Shown: positions 30,482 through 39,715 of the stretch, piece after piece
How positions within the stretch are numbered: the first letter of the stretch is position 1
Layout: each line of letters begins with the position of its first letter
Assembly: GCA_027459505.1 (NCBI GenBank)
Contig: DAIDIE010000018.1
Location: forward strand, 19,571-83,570
DNA: 64,000 bases
Reading direction: 5' to 3'
Origin: Acidobacteriota bacterium
Lineage (GTDB): Bacteria > Acidobacteriota > Terriglobia > Terriglobales > SCQP01
Made by a program: the position numbers and the translations under genes
The notes under the pieces: model-generated
Told to the model about the DNA's origin: nothing
The model's database searches: none
What the model saw: the letters and a program-made list of their open reading frames with translations, nothing else

Positions 30482-31349
30482 CGGTGGCCGGCCGCGAGCG
30501 GCGGCGCGTCCAGTGCTGCAGGCGCCAGAAGATGCCAAAGGCGGCGTAGACGGTGGCTACGGCCAGCAGGAAGGGACGGGAGAAGAGGAAGATCACGCCA
30601 ATCAGGGCGGCAATGAGGATGACAATCACGAAGGGATGGCGGCGGCGCAGATTGATTTCCTTGAAGCTGTAAAAGCGCCAGGTGCTCACCATGAAGTAAG
30701 CCACCAGGAGCACGAGGGCGACCCAGGCAAGGCTGAGGAGGGGATTGGTGATGGGGGCGGGGAAGGCGTGAATGAGGGCGGCGATGACGCCGGCGCCGGC
30801 GGGGATGGGCATGCCCACGAAGTATTTCTTGCCCGGTTTGCCGGGGTTGGAGGGTTTGCTTTCAGTGGTGGCGATGTTGAAACGCGCCAGGCGGGCGGCG
30901 CCGGCGACCATGAAGAGGAACACCGCCAGGCGGAGGCCGTTTTCCAACAGCATGGTAACCGGATGTCCCTGCCAGCGCAGGCGGGAGACGACGAAGCGCA
31001 CGCCCCACACGTAGGCGAGCAGTGCGGGGGCCACGCCAAAGCTGATAACGTCGGCGAGTGAATCGAACTCGCGACCGAAGTCGCTGGAGGCATGCACCAT
31101 ACGGGCAATGCGTCCGTCAAAGCCGTCGAGCAGGATAGCCCAGCCAATCGCCTTGGCGGCGGCGTCGAGCGCCTGGGCGGCGTGCGCGGTTCCCACCAGC
31201 GCCTGATTGGCTTGCTGAATGGCGTACCAACCCATGCCCAGGTTGGCGACGGTGAGCAGCGAGGGCAGGATAGCGGTGCCGCGGCGCGCTTTGCGGCGTG
31301 GCCTTTGCCCGGCCAACACCCCATCGTCGGGCAAGTTGGGCTGGCTCAT
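30462..31349 (-). CDS. pssA: CDP-diacylglycerol--serine O-phosphatidyltransferase
   Basis: PSLLT, DGFDGRIAR, GREFDSLADVISFG, RLARFN, FVGMPIP. Confidence 0.93.
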   Translation of the reverse strand: MSQPNLPDDGVLAGQRPRRKARRGTAILPSLLTVANLGMGWYAIQQANQALVGTAHAAQALDAAAKAIGWAILLDGFDGRIARMVHASSDFGREFDSLADVISFGVAPALLAYVWGVRFVVSRLRWQGHPVTMLLENGLRLAVFLFMVAGAARLARFNIATTESKPSNPGKPGKKYFVGMPIPAGAGVIAALIHAFPAPITNPLLSLAWVALVLLVAYFMVSTWRFYSFKEINLRRRHPFVIVILIAALIGVIFLFSRPFLLAVATVYAAFGIFWRLQHWTRRRSRPATDGTRYA

Positions 31350-32116
31350 GAAGTTGCTCCCGTGGAGACGTTACTGGAGAAGCGGTTGGGTGAGGAGGGC
31401 ACCGCCGGCACGGCGAGGCGGGCCAAAGGGGATGTGGCGCCGGCGACGCGCTGGCCAACGCGGACCAGCACTTCAGCCTGGGGCGGCAGGTAGACGTCCA
31501 CACGCGAGCCGAACTTAATGAGGCCGACTAACTCTCCGCGCGCGACGTTTTGGCCGGGTTGAGGCCAGAAGACGATGCGGCGGGCAATGAGGCCGGCGAT
31601 CTGGATAAAGGCGACCGGCGGACGCTCGCCTTCCAGGCGCACCAGATTTTGTTCGTTTTCCACCGCCGATTCCGGTTTCAGCGCGTTGAGGAACTGGCCC
31701 TTTTTGTACTCGACCTGGGTCACGCGACCGGCAACGGGGCTGCGGTTGACGTGGACGTCGAAGACGGAGAGGAAGATGCTGATGCGGGTGGCAAACTCCT
31801 GGCCCGGGGGGAGCGCCTCGACGGCGGTCACCTTGCCATCGGCGGGCGAGACCACCAGATCGGGATCAGAGGGGGGCGTGCGGAGCGGATTGCGAAAAAA
31901 ATAAAGGACAAAGAGCGCCAGCAGCAGCACAGGAAGGCACCAAGGCCAACCCAGCAGCCAGGCGATCAGCGCCGCTGCCGCAAGCAGCCCGCCAGCGTAA
32001 TAAAGACCGTCGCGGATCACTTGGAACAGTATAGCAACGGGGTTGATAGGCGGCGGGATGGAGCGGTAAGGAGCGGGCGAAAGCGAGCCTTCGGGCGGAA
32101 AGGCCGTTTGGGACAT
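31346..32116 (-). CDS. psd: Phosphatidylserine decarboxylase proenzyme
   Basis: FFRNP, SPADG, IFLSVFDVHVNRSP, QIAGLIARRI, KFGSRVD autocleavage motif; start may be further downstream. Confidence 0.93.
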   Translation of the reverse strand: MSQTAFPPEGSLSPAPYRSIPPPINPVAILFQVIRDGLYYAGGLLAAAALIAWLLGWPWCLPVLLLALFVLYFFRNPLRTPPSDPDLVVSPADGKVTAVEALPPGQEFATRISIFLSVFDVHVNRSPVAGRVTQVEYKKGQFLNALKPESAVENEQNLVRLEGERPPVAFIQIAGLIARRIVFWPQPGQNVARGELVGLIKFGSRVDVYLPPQAEVLVRVGQRVAGATSPLARLAVPAVPSSPNRFSSNVSTGATS

Positions 32117-32227
32117 AATGGGGAGCCGAGATGGACAGTGGACCGGTATGTGCTACTGCAGGGCTGAGGTGGGGCCGGCAAATTGAGCGTTGAGGTTTAC
32201 GGAGTGGGAACGATGCCGGAGCGAGAT

Positions 32228-32899
32228 ATGAGCGGGAGCGGCATATTCATTACCTTTGAAGGGGTTGATGGCAGCGGCAAGAGCACGCAACAGCGGCTGC
32301 TGGGTGAATTTCTTCGCGAGCGGGTGGGAGAGTTGCTGTTAACGCGCGAACCGGGGGGCACGCCGCTGGGCGAGCGAGTGCGGGAGCTGGTGGTGGCTTC
32401 GGGAAAGTTGGAGATCGCGCCGGAGTCGGAACTGGCATTGATGTTTGCGGCGCGGGCGCAGCACTTGCGCGAGCGCATTCTGCCGGCTTTGCAGAGGGGG
32501 GCGGTGGTGCTCTGCGACCGTTTCGTGGATGCCTCGGTGGCCTACCAGGGGGCGGGGCGGGAACTGGGCGAGGAGCGGGTGTGGGAACTGCACCGGCTGC
32601 TGTGTGGCGGCGTACTGCCTGATGTGACGTTTATTCTCGATGTGGATACGCAACAGGCTTTGGCGCGGGCGCGGGAACGGATACGCAGTTCAGCCTCGGC
32701 GGAGAGCCGCTTTGAACAGCAGGGGGAGCGTTTTTTCGAGCGGGTGGCGGGGGCGTACCGGGCACTGGCGGGGGCGCATCCGCGGCGTTGCCGGCTGATT
32801 GAGGTGCGGGGCACTCCGCAAGAGACGCAGCAGGAGATTCAGCAGCAATTGCTGGAGGCGTTTCCCGCGCTCCAGCGGGCCGTGGTGCGAGGCGAATAA
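32228..32899 (+). CDS. tmk: Thymidylate kinase
   Basis: FITFEGVDGSGKSTQ, TREPGG, LCDRF, AYQG. Confidence 0.96.
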   Translation: MSGSGIFITFEGVDGSGKSTQQRLLGEFLRERVGELLLTREPGGTPLGERVRELVVASGKLEIAPESELALMFAARAQHLRERILPALQRGAVVLCDRFVDASVAYQGAGRELGEERVWELHRLLCGGVLPDVTFILDVDTQQALARARERIRSSASAESRFEQQGERFFERVAGAYRALAGAHPRRCRLIEVRGTPQETQQEIQQQLLEAFPALQRAVVRGE

Positions 32900-32901
32900 G
32901 C

Positions 32902-33987
32902 ATGCCGTTTTCCGACTTCCTGGGCAATGAAACGACCGTGCAGCGCCTGCGCGCGCTGATTGCCGGGCAACAAATGGGCCGCAGCGTGGCGCTGGCGGGG
33001 CCGGCGGGGCTGGGCAAGACGACGCTGGCGGCCATGATCGGGTTGGCGCTCAACTGCGAGCAACCACCCCAGGCGGGCGACTTCTGCGGGGTTTGCGCCA
33101 GTTGTTCTCAATTGACCGCCGTGAGTGAGTGGGACGCGCTCAGCGAGGAGGCGGCGGAGTTTCGCGATGAGGAGGTCAAGACCAGGGCCAAGGAGACGGC
33201 GCCGCTGGTGGTGAGTCCGCATCCGCAAATCCGGTATTTTCCTCCGGACGGCGACTTCATCACCATGGGGCAGGCGCGCGAAGCGATGCGTCTTGCGCAA
33301 CTGCATCCGGGGGTGGGCAAATCCTGGGCTCTGGTGCTGCCGGAACTGGAGCGGGCGCGCTGGATTGTGCAGACAGCGATGCTAAAAACGCTGGAGGAGC
33401 CACCCGCGGGCGCCTGTTTTCTGCTGCTGGTGCACAATCCGATGGAGTTGCTGCCGACGGTGCGTTCGCGCTCGCTGATTTTGCAACTGGCGCCGGCGCC
33501 GCGGGCGGAGATCGAAAAACTTCTGGGCGCGCGGCGTCCGGAACTGGCCCAGGGGCCACGCGAGCTGCTGGCGCGGCTGGCGCAGGGATGCCCGGGGCGG
33601 GCGCTGGGCATGGACCTGGACGCTTACCGGGAGCTGAGAAAACAGGCGTTTCTCTTACTTCGCGGCGCGCAAAAGACTGAGTCACACAGCGAACTCTTCC
33701 GAGTGACTGAGCAATGGCGTGCCGGAAAAGAAACATTTGAATCACTGCACGAAATTCTTTATAGTGTCCTGCAAGATATTCTGTATCTGATTTCTGACCG
33801 CTCCGATTCGATCCGGAACGTCGATTGTCACGCGGAGTTGGCGGCATTAGCCAGTTTTTACACCCCGGGCAGGATAGCCGCGGCGGTGAAGGAGCTGGAT
33901 TTAGTACTGTCAGCGGCGCGGCGCAACGCGAACCGGCCGCTCGCCTTGGATGCCTGGGCGTTGCGGCTGGCTGAGGCGCAAGCCTGA
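32902..33987 (+). CDS. holB: DNA polymerase III delta-prime subunit
   Basis: GPAGLGKT, CGVCASC zinc site, LKTLEEP, LLPTVRSR; follows tmk. Confidence 0.9.
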   Translation: MPFSDFLGNETTVQRLRALIAGQQMGRSVALAGPAGLGKTTLAAMIGLALNCEQPPQAGDFCGVCASCSQLTAVSEWDALSEEAAEFRDEEVKTRAKETAPLVVSPHPQIRYFPPDGDFITMGQAREAMRLAQLHPGVGKSWALVLPELERARWIVQTAMLKTLEEPPAGACFLLLVHNPMELLPTVRSRSLILQLAPAPRAEIEKLLGARRPELAQGPRELLARLAQGCPGRALGMDLDAYRELRKQAFLLLRGAQKTESHSELFRVTEQWRAGKETFESLHEILYSVLQDILYLISDRSDSIRNVDCHAELAALASFYTPGRIAAAVKELDLVLSAARRNANRPLALDAWALRLAEAQA

Positions 33988-34067
33988 GCTGATCGGCCTG
34001 GAGTTGCGCACAGCCATCAGCACGGAAGCAACTCAGGGCCGGTTTTCCGGTCAGAGCAGGGCACTTC

Positions 34068-34469
34068 ATGGCTTCTTCCAGCGAAACTGCAACACGGCGC
34101 GTCACCGAAACGGAAGTGATCGCCAACCGCAAACTGATTCGTCCGTCGCTCTCGGAACTGCGCGAACAAATGGCGCGCACGCCAGCACCGCCGGTCAACT
34201 CTCCGGCCGCGGCCAGCGCGCCGGCCCCGGTGCGCTCGCCGAAAAAGCCCGTGCCCCCCGAGCAGACCAACGCGGAGTCGTTCTACTACGTCAAGCAGAT
34301 GCAGAGCAAGACGCCGATGGTGCTCATCCTGAAGGATGGGGAGCGCGTCACCGGCATCATCGAATGGTACGACCGGCATTGCCTGAAGATTCACCGCAAC
34401 GGCGAGCCCAACCTGCTGATCTACAAATCGCACATCAAGTATCTCTACAAGCAGGAAGACGAGCGCTAG
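34068..34469 (+). CDS. Hfq/Sm-like RNA chaperone with N-terminal Pro/Ala-rich extension
   Basis: Sm1-like LILKDGERVTGIIEWYD and Sm2-like LLIYKSHIKYL. Confidence 0.75.
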   Translation: MASSSETATRRVTETEVIANRKLIRPSLSELREQMARTPAPPVNSPAAASAPAPVRSPKKPVPPEQTNAESFYYVKQMQSKTPMVLILKDGERVTGIIEWYDRHCLKIHRNGEPNLLIYKSHIKYLYKQEDER

Positions 34470-34517
34470 CAGCCGCATTTTTCCTTCAGGCGCCGCCACT
34501 GGAGGAAAATACAAAGG

Positions 34518-35237
34518 ATGAACGAGCGCGGTTGCGATCCCACCGAAGTTTCCCAATTGCTTGCCGATCGTATCCGGCAGGTGCGGGAGAGCGTCAACGA
34601 AGCCAGCCGGCGCGCCGGACGCCCTGCACAAGCGGTCAAGCTGATCGCGGTCACCAAGACTGTCTCTGCTGAGATGTTGCGGCAGGCGGCGGAGCTGGGA
34701 CTGGACGAATTCGGCGAAAACCGGGTGCAGGAGGCGGCCCTTAAACGCCCCTGGCTGAGTGATCTCCCGTTGCGCTGGCGGCTCATCGGCAATCTGCAAA
34801 AAAACAAGGCGCGCCGGGCGCTGGAACTGTTTGACGCCATTGACAGCCTGGATGACGTTGCGCTGGCGCAGCGGCTGGATGCGCTGTGCGCGGAGGCACA
34901 GCGGCGCCTCCCCGTCCTCATTGAAGTCAATATCGCCGCAGAGCCACAGAAGCATGGAGTCCCGCCAGGGGATCTGCCGCGGGTGGCCGAGGCGGTGCTG
35001 CGACTGCCGCATTTGGATTTGCAGGGACTAATGACGGTGCCGCCGCAAAGCGAGGTGGCGGAGGTGGCGCGGCCGTGGTTTGCGGCGCTGCGGCAATTGG
35101 GCGAACGGCTGGGGACGGAAACGGGACTGAAACAGGTGCAGCTTTCGATGGGAATGTCGCACGATTACCCGGTGGCGATTGAGGAGGGGGCCACCATGGT
35201 GCGGGTGGGTTCGGCGATCTTTGGGGCGCGGCGGTGA
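34518..35237 (+). CDS. yggS: PLP homeostasis protein YggS/PLPBP
   Basis: LIAVTK, FGENRVQE, IGNLQKNK, GLMT, LSMGMS.D, VRVGSAIFG. Confidence 0.95.
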   Translation: MNERGCDPTEVSQLLADRIRQVRESVNEASRRAGRPAQAVKLIAVTKTVSAEMLRQAAELGLDEFGENRVQEAALKRPWLSDLPLRWRLIGNLQKNKARRALELFDAIDSLDDVALAQRLDALCAEAQRRLPVLIEVNIAAEPQKHGVPPGDLPRVAEAVLRLPHLDLQGLMTVPPQSEVAEVARPWFAALRQLGERLGTETGLKQVQLSMGMSHDYPVAIEEGATMVRVGSAIFGARR

Positions 35238-35322
35238 AGTCTTTGCGGAGGTTGCGGGACTGCCCGGAGGTGATTGTCGTTACGGGAGTTGGTTGCGGGC
35301 TTTTAAAAGCGTTCTGACTCTT

Positions 35323-35631
35323 ATGGATTCCCTTCAGATACGCTCGAGTGGTTCGGAACTTCTGATCGATCTCAAGGTGCATCCGCGGGCACGGCGCAAC
35401 CGGGTGAGTGGTGTTCTGGGCGGAGCGCTGAAGCTGGAAGTCACAGCGCCACCGGAGAACGGCCGGGCGAACGAGGCCTGTCTGGAGCTGCTGGCCGAGG
35501 TTCTGGATGTGTCCGCACGGCAGTTGCATCTGGTGAGCGGGCAAAGTTCATCGCGGAAATGTGTGGCGGTGCGCGGGGTGAGCGAGGAAGAGGTGCGGAA
35601 GCGGATCGGCTCCTGCACGGTAAGGCGCTGA
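35323..35631 (+). CDS. yggU: DUF167 (YggU) family protein
   Basis: KVHPRA, VTAPPENGRANEA, SGQSSSRK. Confidence 0.88.
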   Translation: MDSLQIRSSGSELLIDLKVHPRARRNRVSGVLGGALKLEVTAPPENGRANEACLELLAEVLDVSARQLHLVSGQSSSRKCVAVRGVSEEEVRKRIGSCTVRR

Positions 35632-35761
35632 CAAGACCTTTGCTGTCACTTCGGCCTGGGAGCTCGAACTCGCAATCACTTCTACTCGGCGCTGGCGTGT
35701 CTAACAGGGTCCCCGGTACAAAGTTCTGTTCAGCGGCAGCGCTGGCTGCTACCTTGGGTGC

Positions 35762-37195
35762 ATGAACCTGTACCTTTTGGTGCTGGTGGTGATTGCCGGG
35801 GCGCTGTTGCTGGTCAGTCTTTTGCGGCTGCGCACGGTGAAGACTGGCACTGACTTCCTGCTGGCAGGGCGCAGCTTGCCGGCCGGGGTGTTGATCTTCA
35901 CGCTGCTCTCCAGTTGGATTGGGGCGGGCAGCCTGTTTGCCGGGGCGGAGAACGCCTTCCGCAATGGCATGGCCAGCCTATGGCAGCCGGCCGGCGGCTG
36001 GGTGGGGCTGCTCATCATCTACTTCGTGGCTCCGCGGGCGCGCAAATTTGCACAGTACACCGTGCCCGACCTGCTGGAGACGCGCTATGGAGCGGCGGCG
36101 CGGGTGCTGGCGATGATCGCTATCCTGCTGGCGTATACCGCGATCACCTCTTACCAGTTCAAGGGCGGCGGCGACATTCTTGCGCTGGCTACCGGCATCA
36201 GCCCCATGCAGGGAACGTTCATCATCGCCATTTTCGTCATCGTGTTTACCGCGCTGGCGGGGATGAGTTCGATCGCCTACGGCGACGTGGTGATTGGAGT
36301 GATGGTAAGCGTGATTCTGATCGCCGCGGTTCCCATGCTGCTGGTGCGGGCGGGAGGCTGGGCGGGGGTGGAGCGGGCGCTGCCGGCATCGCACTTCCAG
36401 GTGCTGGGGCAGCTTTCGATCTGGCAGGCGCTGGGCTTCTTTTTACCTGTGTTTCTGCTCATGCTGGGCAATCAGAGCATGTATCAGAAGTTTTTTTCCG
36501 CCCGCTCGGCCGCCGACGCGCGCAAGGCGGTGGTGGGATGGGTGATTGGGACGGTCATTTTGGAAACGGTGATTGTGGTGATCGCGGTGATTGGTTCGGC
36601 GCTGTTCCTGCACGCCTCCGATCTGCGGCCGCGGGAGATCATCGCGTACACGGCGCGGCACGCGCTGCCGGGATGGATGGGCGCCATTTTGATGGGGGCG
36701 GTGTTTGCGAAAGTAGTTTCCACCGGGAACAACTACCTGTTTTCACCAGCGACGAATCTGGTGCATGACATTTACAGCCGCTTTTTGCGTCCGCAGGCCA
36801 GCAACCGGGAAACGCTGATCGCCTCGCGCCTGCTGGTGATCGGACTGGGGCTGTTTGCCCTGGCGCAGACGTTTCAGTCTTCGGTGTTGGCGGTGATGCT
36901 TTATGCCTACACCGTCTATAGCGCGGCGATCACGCCCGTGGTGATGGCGGCTTTCTTCTGGAAGCGCGCCACGCGGCAGGGGGCGGTGTTTTCCATTGCG
37001 CTGGGAACAGTGGTCACCGTGGTTTGGAATGTCGTGCCGCATGTGCTGGCGGCGGATTCACCACTGGCGCGTTTGACGACGGAGTTCGACGCCATTTATC
37101 CGGCGGTGCTGCTTTCGGTTATTGCCCTGGTGGTAGTGAGTTGGTTGACGCCGCCGCCGCTGCCTGAGCAGGTGCAACCGTTTATGGAGAGCTGA
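35762..37195 (+). CDS. Sodium:solute symporter family protein
   Basis: DFLLAGRSL, SWIGAGSL, TVPDLLETRYG, MYQKFFSA; 12-13 TM segments. Confidence 0.92.
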   Translation: MNLYLLVLVVIAGALLLVSLLRLRTVKTGTDFLLAGRSLPAGVLIFTLLSSWIGAGSLFAGAENAFRNGMASLWQPAGGWVGLLIIYFVAPRARKFAQYTVPDLLETRYGAAARVLAMIAILLAYTAITSYQFKGGGDILALATGISPMQGTFIIAIFVIVFTALAGMSSIAYGDVVIGVMVSVILIAAVPMLLVRAGGWAGVERALPASHFQVLGQLSIWQALGFFLPVFLLMLGNQSMYQKFFSARSAADARKAVVGWVIGTVILETVIVVIAVIGSALFLHASDLRPREIIAYTARHALPGWMGAILMGAVFAKVVSTGNNYLFSPATNLVHDIYSRFLRPQASNRETLIASRLLVIGLGLFALAQTFQSSVLAVMLYAYTVYSAAITPVVMAAFFWKRATRQGAVFSIALGTVVTVVWNVVPHVLAADSPLARLTTEFDAIYPAVLLSVIALVVVSWLTPPPLPEQVQPFMES

Positions 37196-37316
37196 GGGTT
37201 GGCGGCGGGGGCTTGTGGGCTGCGCGCGGCGCGGCTTGGGGCAGGCGGCGGTTTTCCCACTTAACAAAAAACGTTGAGTGGCACCCGGCAGGTGCAGCCG
37301 TTTATGGAGAGCTGAG
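37168..37316. repeat. 29-bp direct repeat duplicating the symporter 3' end
   Basis: GCAGGTGCA(A/G)CCGTTTATGGAGAGCTGAG at 37168-37196 and 37288-37316. Confidence 0.85.
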
Positions 37317-37356
37317 AGGAAAAGGCTGGAAGAAGCGGGTGGCCGGTAATCGCGGC

Positions 37357-37767
37357 TCAGTTGCTACGGATTTCGGCGAGGCGCGAGCAGGCAATACGGT
37401 AGTTGGCCGACTGATAGGCGACCAGGCGGCGCATTTCGGTGTCCACGCGTTCCGACGACGAGGTCAGCAGGCGGGCCGCCTGCAGGCAGAGGTAATAAAA
37501 ACGTACCCAGATTTCCTGACGCATGTAAACCGCCGGAGCAATGCTGTCGAGCAAAAAGCTGAGGGTACGGTAGTCCTGGTCCAGGGTGCTGCCGACGGGG
37601 AGGAGGCCTTCCTGGCGGAGGCGTTCGAGTTCGGCAATATCAGCCGCCATCAGCCGCACACGAGCGAACGAGTAGATGGCGTAGAGCAGGACGATCACCG
37701 AAACCAGGAGGATGACCAGGGAATAAATCTGTTGCGCGCTGATGATCACCATTCCCATGCTGCTCAT
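37357..37767 (-). CDS. Hypothetical single-TM protein (third gene of the peptide module)
   Basis: Strong SD GAGGAGGAG, N-terminal TM followed by a helical domain. Confidence 0.75.
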   Translation of the reverse strand: MSSMGMVIISAQQIYSLVILLVSVIVLLYAIYSFARVRLMAADIAELERLRQEGLLPVGSTLDQDYRTLSFLLDSIAPAVYMRQEIWVRFYYLCLQAARLLTSSSERVDTEMRRLVAYQSANYRIACSRLAEIRSN

Positions 37768-37791
37768 ACTGTACTCCTCCTCGCTGCAGGA

Positions 37792-38616
37792 CTAAAGCGG
37801 CTTTGCCGTCCGGCAATTCAACTTCTCCGGATGGACCCGAGCAGCGCCGCTGGTGGAGGCTTCGGCTCGACCGGCCGGGGTCGCCAAAGCGGGGGCAAAA
37901 TGGACGGCTTGTGCGGCCGGCGGCCAACGCCGCCAGGCAAAGCTGTTGCGGGGCTTATGATACTCGTCCGGAGCCCAAACCGCCACTCCGAGCAGAAGAA
38001 CTGCCAGCAGTGTAGCTGCTGGAGGGGCAAAAGACCAGCGGCTGAAAGGGCGGAACAGGGCCAGCAGGGAGTAGACGATGGCGCCGCAACTATAGAGGAC
38101 ACTAAAGGACAGCACTGTCCGGCGAAAGCGTAATCCAGCCACCCGCAAGGCATTTATGCCGGCCAGCAGGAGCATGGTCAGGATCATGCCAACAAACGAG
38201 AGGTTTTGCTCCAGATCCACCGCAAAAACGGCAAAGGAGGCGTTTCGCTGGCGGAAGGTCATCAGGATGCTAACGGCACTCAAAGCAGCGAGCACGAGTA
38301 AAGCACCTCGCCACAGGAGCGGTTGCACCAGGGGAACTGCTTCCAGGAGGGGCTCCAACAAGTGGACCAGCACCAGGTAGCCGACGACTGCGATTGTCAC
38401 GTCAAAAAAGTAATAGGTATTGCGGTATTGCAATGAAGCGATGCCATAGACGTCCAGTACTAAGAAAACCAGGCACTCGGCGACGACACTGAAGATCATA
38501 TAGACACGCAGGGCCTGCCACTGCCGCAACTCCGGGCCGCGACGGCGCGCACCGGCGTAGATCAACAGCTTTCCCGCCAGCACAGCCCACCACAGAAATT
38601 GGGTTAATGCGTTCAC
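37792..38616 (-). CDS. Hypothetical ~7-TM membrane protein (receptor-like)
   Basis: About seven hydrophobic segments, aromatic loop QYRNTYYFFD, no recognisable enzymatic domain. Confidence 0.78.
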   Translation of the reverse strand: MNALTQFLWWAVLAGKLLIYAGARRRGPELRQWQALRVYMIFSVVAECLVFLVLDVYGIASLQYRNTYYFFDVTIAVVGYLVLVHLLEPLLEAVPLVQPLLWRGALLVLAALSAVSILMTFRQRNASFAVFAVDLEQNLSFVGMILTMLLLAGINALRVAGLRFRRTVLSFSVLYSCGAIVYSLLALFRPFSRWSFAPPAATLLAVLLLGVAVWAPDEYHKPRNSFAWRRWPPAAQAVHFAPALATPAGRAEASTSGAARVHPEKLNCRTAKPL

Positions 38617-38666
38617 GCCGCCGGTCCTTAAACGGCAGCATAGGGCAATGAGGAATCAGAGCCTAG

Positions 38667-38710
38667 AAAAAGCCGCTTGTCTCCACCCCCCAAACAGGTG
38701 GAGACAAGCG
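38667..38710 (-). terminator. Terminator between the peptide gene and the 7-TM gene
   Basis: Perfect 14-bp stem 38674-38687/38697-38710 followed by GCTTTTT on minus. Confidence 0.75.
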
Positions 38711-38858
38711 TGAGCATTGCCATGAACGACTTCCCGGGACTGGGAATCCGGGCGATCCAGATTGGGAAGCGGGATGGACCTTTGCCGTCACTTCGGCCTA
38801 CGATCTCGAACTCGAAATCAGTTCGACTCGTCCTGGCCCGTCAAGCGACCGTGAAAGG

Positions 38859-39194
38859 TCAAACGCCCTGCGGCGCCTGAACAGGATAGGGCCAGCCGGG
38901 CATGGGTGGAGGAGGAGCGCCGAGGCCAATGCCGGCGATGCTGACGCCGGTGAGCTGCGGCGGAAGGGGATCACCGGCGCCAATGCCGGCGGAGCGCACA
39001 GGATAGGGCCAGCCGGGCATGGGTGGGGGAGGAGCGCCAAGGCCGATGGCGATCATGGTTTGGGGCTGAGGTGCGGCCAAGGCCAGGGAACGATAAGTAG
39101 CCCCGGAGTTATGATGGTTGACCAAAAGCTTCAGGCCAACGGCGCTGCCCACAAGCAAGGTGGCGGCGAGAGCGAGACGAAGGTGGCTGTGCAT
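38859..39194 (-). CDS. Secreted proline-rich multicore peptide precursor (111 aa)
   Basis: SD AAGGAG, hydrophobic N-terminus, IGLGAPPPPMPGWPYPV twice plus a related GIGAGDPLPP. Confidence 0.8.
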   Translation of the reverse strand: MHSHLRLALAATLLVGSAVGLKLLVNHHNSGATYRSLALAAPQPQTMIAIGLGAPPPPMPGWPYPVRSAGIGAGDPLPPQLTGVSIAGIGLGAPPPPMPGWPYPVQAPQGV

Positions 39195-39715
39195 TGAAAT
39201 CTGCTCCTTAGCGAAAGCGGGGCTTCCCGAACTGGGCCTTCGCGGGCGGTGCCTAAAGCCGCCCCGATTTGGCAAGCGGCCCGGTTGCGGGCTGCCCCTG
39301 TCAAGCAACATATGAAAGCTCCACCTTATTGCGGATAGGGAAAAGCATTAGAGAAACAGAGCGATCCCCCCAGACGAGGGAGGGGGTGGGGCTGCCCGGA
39401 ATTTCTAGTAAGAGAGGCAGTGGAGGGCAAATTGGGGGGTAATTATTACAATGTTGTTACGAAGAAGTCGTAGTTTTGTAACAAAGGTAATTTTCCCGGC
39501 ATAGTTTTGTGGCGGGTTTGCAGCGCTCTTGAAGGTTTTTGGGTCAACCCATTTGGGGGATGTTCAAGGGAGCGGAAAATGTGCAAGAGCGCGAACCTCG
39601 CTGGCCAATGGCATGCGGGCTGGGGTGAGAGCGGTGGGGATTGTTGCGCGTGCTAAAGGGGTCTGCTGTGCTGGTTTGAATGCCGGCTGCGGCTCTCGTC
39701 AATTTGCAACCGCGA

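Noticed and set aside
38859..39194. Classical RiPP (lanthipeptide, lasso peptide, etc.)
   Set aside because: No modifying enzymes or family-specific leader motifs nearby; the cores lack Cys, Ser and Thr
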